Notes under the pieces: model-generated
Database searches by the model: none
What the model was told of the DNA's origin: nothing
Seen by the model: the letters and a program-made list of their open reading frames with translations, nothing else
Virus record (IMG/VR): IMGVR_UViG_3300038393_002081
Location: 1-48,405 of that record
From: a virus
Taxonomy: Duplodnaviria > Caudoviricetes
Length of the DNA stretch: 48,405 nt
Reading direction: 5' to 3' (one strand)
Position numbers and translations under genes: made by a program
Shown: piece after piece, positions 45,510 to 48,405 of the stretch
Numbering within the stretch: the stretch's first letter is position 1
How the letters are laid out: each line of letters starts with the position of its first letter

Positions 45510-47791
45510 GCACGCCGCTAAAATATCGTTGCTTCCTTAAGGCTGCGGAAGGCACATATTACTATGTTGATAACAGCGGAGCAGTTCAAACCATCACCGA
45601 TCCGATCAACCCGGACGACTACGCATTGAAAAGCACGGACGGGTTGCCCTATGAGCCTGTCAATTGGGATGAGATAGAATTAAAATGGGGCCGATCAGAG
45701 ACGTATTTCGGGGTATTCCGGTCGGTATCATCAAGCATTGTATTTGATGACGTAGCGGCGACTATATGCCGTCACGTTTACTATAGCGAAGGCGCGGAGG
45801 GTGAGTTGATTTTTGTGTTGGAAGAACGCGACGGGCAATCCTGGGACTACAATCCACTATATCAGGGCAAGGTGGATTTCTACAGTGCGGCGGACGAGCA
45901 TTCAACCTTTACCGTGGCAATTGCAGAGGGTGGATTGCCTGCGCTGGTCAAATCCAACGAAAACACGCCCTATGAATTGCCAATTAATATCTCGGCTGGT
46001 GCGTTGCAGGTGTATCACGACGGGCCGGAACTTCAGGCCGACTACCTGTACACTACATTTTCCTCCACGCAGCCGGGCGTAATCGCGAATCAATTCTTCC
46101 CTATTCCGGTTTTAGGGATCGATAAAGACGGAGACTATACTATAGGAGAGCAGCATGATCAGCAACTCATGCTCATGGGTAACGGTGCGCCAGCGTGGAG
46201 CACCAATAGCGCACAGCACAACAATTTTTGTTACCGGGTACCAAATGGCGATGAAAATTGGTACAACACAGTTGAGGTTACGCCACGCCCATTCCATGAT
46301 ATCGATTATACGGCAAACGGGTCCAACGGCAGCCCGGTCAGCCTTGAATTGCATGCTGTAGTAGCGGACTCCGTTACTGGTGCGATATCCCAGGACGTCA
46401 CTATCTATTCGGACCCCGGTGTTCCGCTGAATGCCGGGCAAAATAGAAGGCTCATTATAAGCAGTTCTGCGTCGGGGTGGACAGGTGCAACGTTGACGCT
46501 AAACCCGGACGACAGGCTTTACTACCTGTTTCGGTTGGTGCCAGTTACACCGATTTCCGGTACTCCGAAAGCTGATTTTGTCTTCTTCGGTCAGCAGAAA
46601 TTTGACGTCCTGATAAAATTCAGATTGGACGCTACGATTACGGAAGGTTTTCGCGCCTATCAGGTAGCCGACAAGCTGACAAATGCGTTCACAGGCGGAG
46701 CATTTACCGTCCACAGCGATTTCCTATACGATCCATTTCTGTCGGTAAATGTCGTGGATTCACGTCCCTATAATCTTGTCTACACCTCCGGCGATGCCGT
46801 CCGGCGATTAAATACAGACGCCACTCAAACGCGGATTGTAGACCCGGTAATACGCATTACGCTGCGTGACTATTTCCGCGATCTGTTCGGAAGATATTGT
46901 CTGGGTATGGGCCCTGTCAACGACGTGCTCCGCATCGAACCATTGACTTTCTTTTTTGACAGCGCTACGCTTATTGCTGATCTCGGGGAAGTTACCGACC
47001 TGAAAATAGAAACGGCTTCCGGAGCCATGTTCAATCAATTCAAGACGGGTTTTTCCAAGCAGGATACCAATAAATTGAATGGCAAGGACGCTTTCAACAC
47101 TACATCGGTATGGAAGATGCCTATGACCAAAATGCCAGCTAAGGAGGAAGACTTTTCCAGCCCCTTTGTCGGCGATATGTACCCCATAGAGCAACTGCGC
47201 GCAAACCTCAGTCAGAAAAAAACCACAGATAGCCAAAATGACAATGACACCGTACTGCTGGAGATAGATACGACCACATTTACCGGTACGGTCGGTGGAC
47301 AATCCGTAACAGGTGCATTCCGCCTGCGGCGTCAGAATAACTCCGGCAATACATCGGGCATATTGTCGCCGGCGTACGCCTATAATGTACCGCTGACACC
47401 AGCCAGAGACCTTAAGCGCTTAGGTGGGTATATACATAGCATAGGGTGGAAACGTGATTCGCTTAATATCGATTTTCAGACCTCTGATAGAAACAAGTTT
47501 TTGATATCCAATCTCGGGAGCGGGACAGTGAACGAGTCGGCTTCGGTCTCTGTCGGAAGTCTTGACAATATCATTTTTAAGCCGATAAAAATCACATTCA
47601 AAGCACCGCCACCGCTTAATCTCGGCAGTCTCATGGATAGTGCGGCTTTTGGCTATTTCACGGCAACCTATTTCGGGAAGACGATAAAAATATTCGCTAC
47701 CGACGTCAGCTACAAACCCGGCAAAAGCGCAGAGCAGGAATGGACCGGATGGGCAACGCCGGACTTCGACGAAACACAGTTTTATACATAA
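45506..47791 (+). CDS. Distal tail/hub protein
   Basis: 761 aa directly after the tape measure; EPVNWDE...RSETYFGVFRS and NGKDAFNT motifs. Confidence 0.65.
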   Translation: MSTPLKYRCFLKAAEGTYYYVDNSGAVQTITDPINPDDYALKSTDGLPYEPVNWDEIELKWGRSETYFGVFRSVSSSIVFDDVAATICRHVYYSEGAEGELIFVLEERDGQSWDYNPLYQGKVDFYSAADEHSTFTVAIAEGGLPALVKSNENTPYELPINISAGALQVYHDGPELQADYLYTTFSSTQPGVIANQFFPIPVLGIDKDGDYTIGEQHDQQLMLMGNGAPAWSTNSAQHNNFCYRVPNGDENWYNTVEVTPRPFHDIDYTANGSNGSPVSLELHAVVADSVTGAISQDVTIYSDPGVPLNAGQNRRLIISSSASGWTGATLTLNPDDRLYYLFRLVPVTPISGTPKADFVFFGQQKFDVLIKFRLDATITEGFRAYQVADKLTNAFTGGAFTVHSDFLYDPFLSVNVVDSRPYNLVYTSGDAVRRLNTDATQTRIVDPVIRITLRDYFRDLFGRYCLGMGPVNDVLRIEPLTFFFDSATLIADLGEVTDLKIETASGAMFNQFKTGFSKQDTNKLNGKDAFNTTSVWKMPMTKMPAKEEDFSSPFVGDMYPIEQLRANLSQKKTTDSQNDNDTVLLEIDTTTFTGTVGGQSVTGAFRLRRQNNSGNTSGILSPAYAYNVPLTPARDLKRLGGYIHSIGWKRDSLNIDFQTSDRNKFLISNLGSGTVNESASVSVGSLDNIIFKPIKITFKAPPPLNLGSLMDSAAFGYFTATYFGKTIKIFATDVSYKPGKSAEQEWTGWATPDFDETQFYT

Positions 47792-47839
47792 CCGTACCAA
47801 TACGCAAACCATCATCATCGCGCGCGCGAAAGACCTTTG
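47790..47839 (+). promoter_or_regulatory. Late promoter copy 3 (degenerate)
   Basis: AACCGTACCAATACGCAAAC with GACCTTTG at the same 42-bp offset, in an intergenic gap before ATG 47849. Confidence 0.6.
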
Positions 47840-47848
47840 TAACACTTC

Positions 47849-48405
47849 ATGCCGGCAACAGTTGTCATAGAAAAAAGTCCGCTCAATACAGTGCGTTTCG
47901 TACCGAGGGAATTGGTGCAGAGCGATGCTTTTCACACTATTCACGAAGGCGATGCCCACCACATTACCGCGCTGTTGCCGGGAGTATTCAAACAGGATTA
48001 CTACTACCCCGCCCAGATAAGCGACATTATAGACCTACAGTTTCATATATCGACAATAAACGGTCTTGCTGTTGAATTGCAGCTGATCGACGATACGGAG
48101 ACCGTTTACCATTCATGGGCTTATAGCTCAGCCGTATTACTGACAAATAATACATGGATCGTTGACGGCATCTCCCGGATGTTGTCTACCTACCACTTCA
48201 ATATCAGCATGGCCGATTACCCGCAGATATCACGAGGCGTCTGGTATCTGCGGCTAAAAGTGCGATATTCAAAAAACAACGACGGGGTTATAGATACCAC
48301 AGTCTATCAGCTCAGTGAGCCAATAGACGTACGGCAGATGCACCCACGTACCGTATTATTCACGGTCGGGAACAACACGAACGACTATGATACAGTCTTT
48401 CTGCA
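47849..48405 (+). CDS. Tail tip/baseplate-associated protein, N-terminal part (continues across the junction to 1412; about 613 aa in total)
   Basis: ATG 47849 (MPATVVIEKSPLNTVRF...) stays open to the window end and is in frame with the ORF at 60 (offset 489 nt); preceded by a late promoter motif. Confidence 0.8.
   Translation, partial: MPATVVIEKSPLNTVRFVPRELVQSDAFHTIHEGDAHHITALLPGVFKQDYYYPAQISDIIDLQFHISTINGLAVELQLIDDTETVYHSWAYSSAVLLTNNTWIVDGISRMLSTYHFNISMADYPQISRGVWYLRLKVRYSKNNDGVIDTTVYQLSEPIDVRQMHPRTVLFTVGNNTNDYDTVFL
48279..48405. repeat. Terminal direct repeat, copy 2 (circular assembly overlap)
   Basis: Exact copy of 1-127. Confidence 0.95.

Noticed and set aside
48279-48405. Biological terminal repeat
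   Set aside because: Exactly 127 bp, falls inside a CDS, and a P22/SPP1-like terminase suggests headful packaging; best explained as assembler overlap.
1-48405. Diversity-generating retroelement, retron, CRISPR-Cas or intact tRNA genes
   Set aside because: No reverse transcriptase motif, no template/variable repeat pair noticed, no cas genes, and only a 16-bp tRNA-like fragment at attP.

Overview
The window is a complete, circularly permuted temperate siphovirus-like phage genome of about 48,278 bp; nt 1-127 recur exactly at 48279-48405 as an assembly overlap. The host is almost certainly a Bacteroidota member, possibly Chitinophagaceae-like, judged from TAnnTTTG -7 boxes, A-rich non-Shine-Dalgarno leaders and signal peptides followed by Gln. 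The late/morphogenesis genes lie on + (30276 through the junction to 6377): TerS, TerL, portal, scaffold, capsid, tail, tape measure, tail-tip proteins and three membrane proteins. A leftward early/replication operon lies on - (25885 to 6433): Cro-like regulator, SSAP, DNA methyltransferases, initiator, primase-helicase, RuvC-like resolvase, HD hydrolase and many small ORFs. A central lysogeny module holds a CI-like repressor, two exported proteins, an attP resembling a tRNA 3' end and a tyrosine integrase. Most notable: (1) an ORF-poor ~520-nt segment next to attP that folds into a multi-domain structured RNA on the - strand; (2) three late genes in virion-protein positions that carry Sec signal peptides, in a genome with no recognisable endolysin; (3) a three-copy late promoter with an upstream 20-bp motif at an invariant 42-bp offset; (4) three tandem hairpins with a shared loop in the capsid 5' UTR; (5) a C5 methyltransferase with a nested alternative-frame ORF. 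All calls are from reading the sequence by eye; no searches or folding programs were run.
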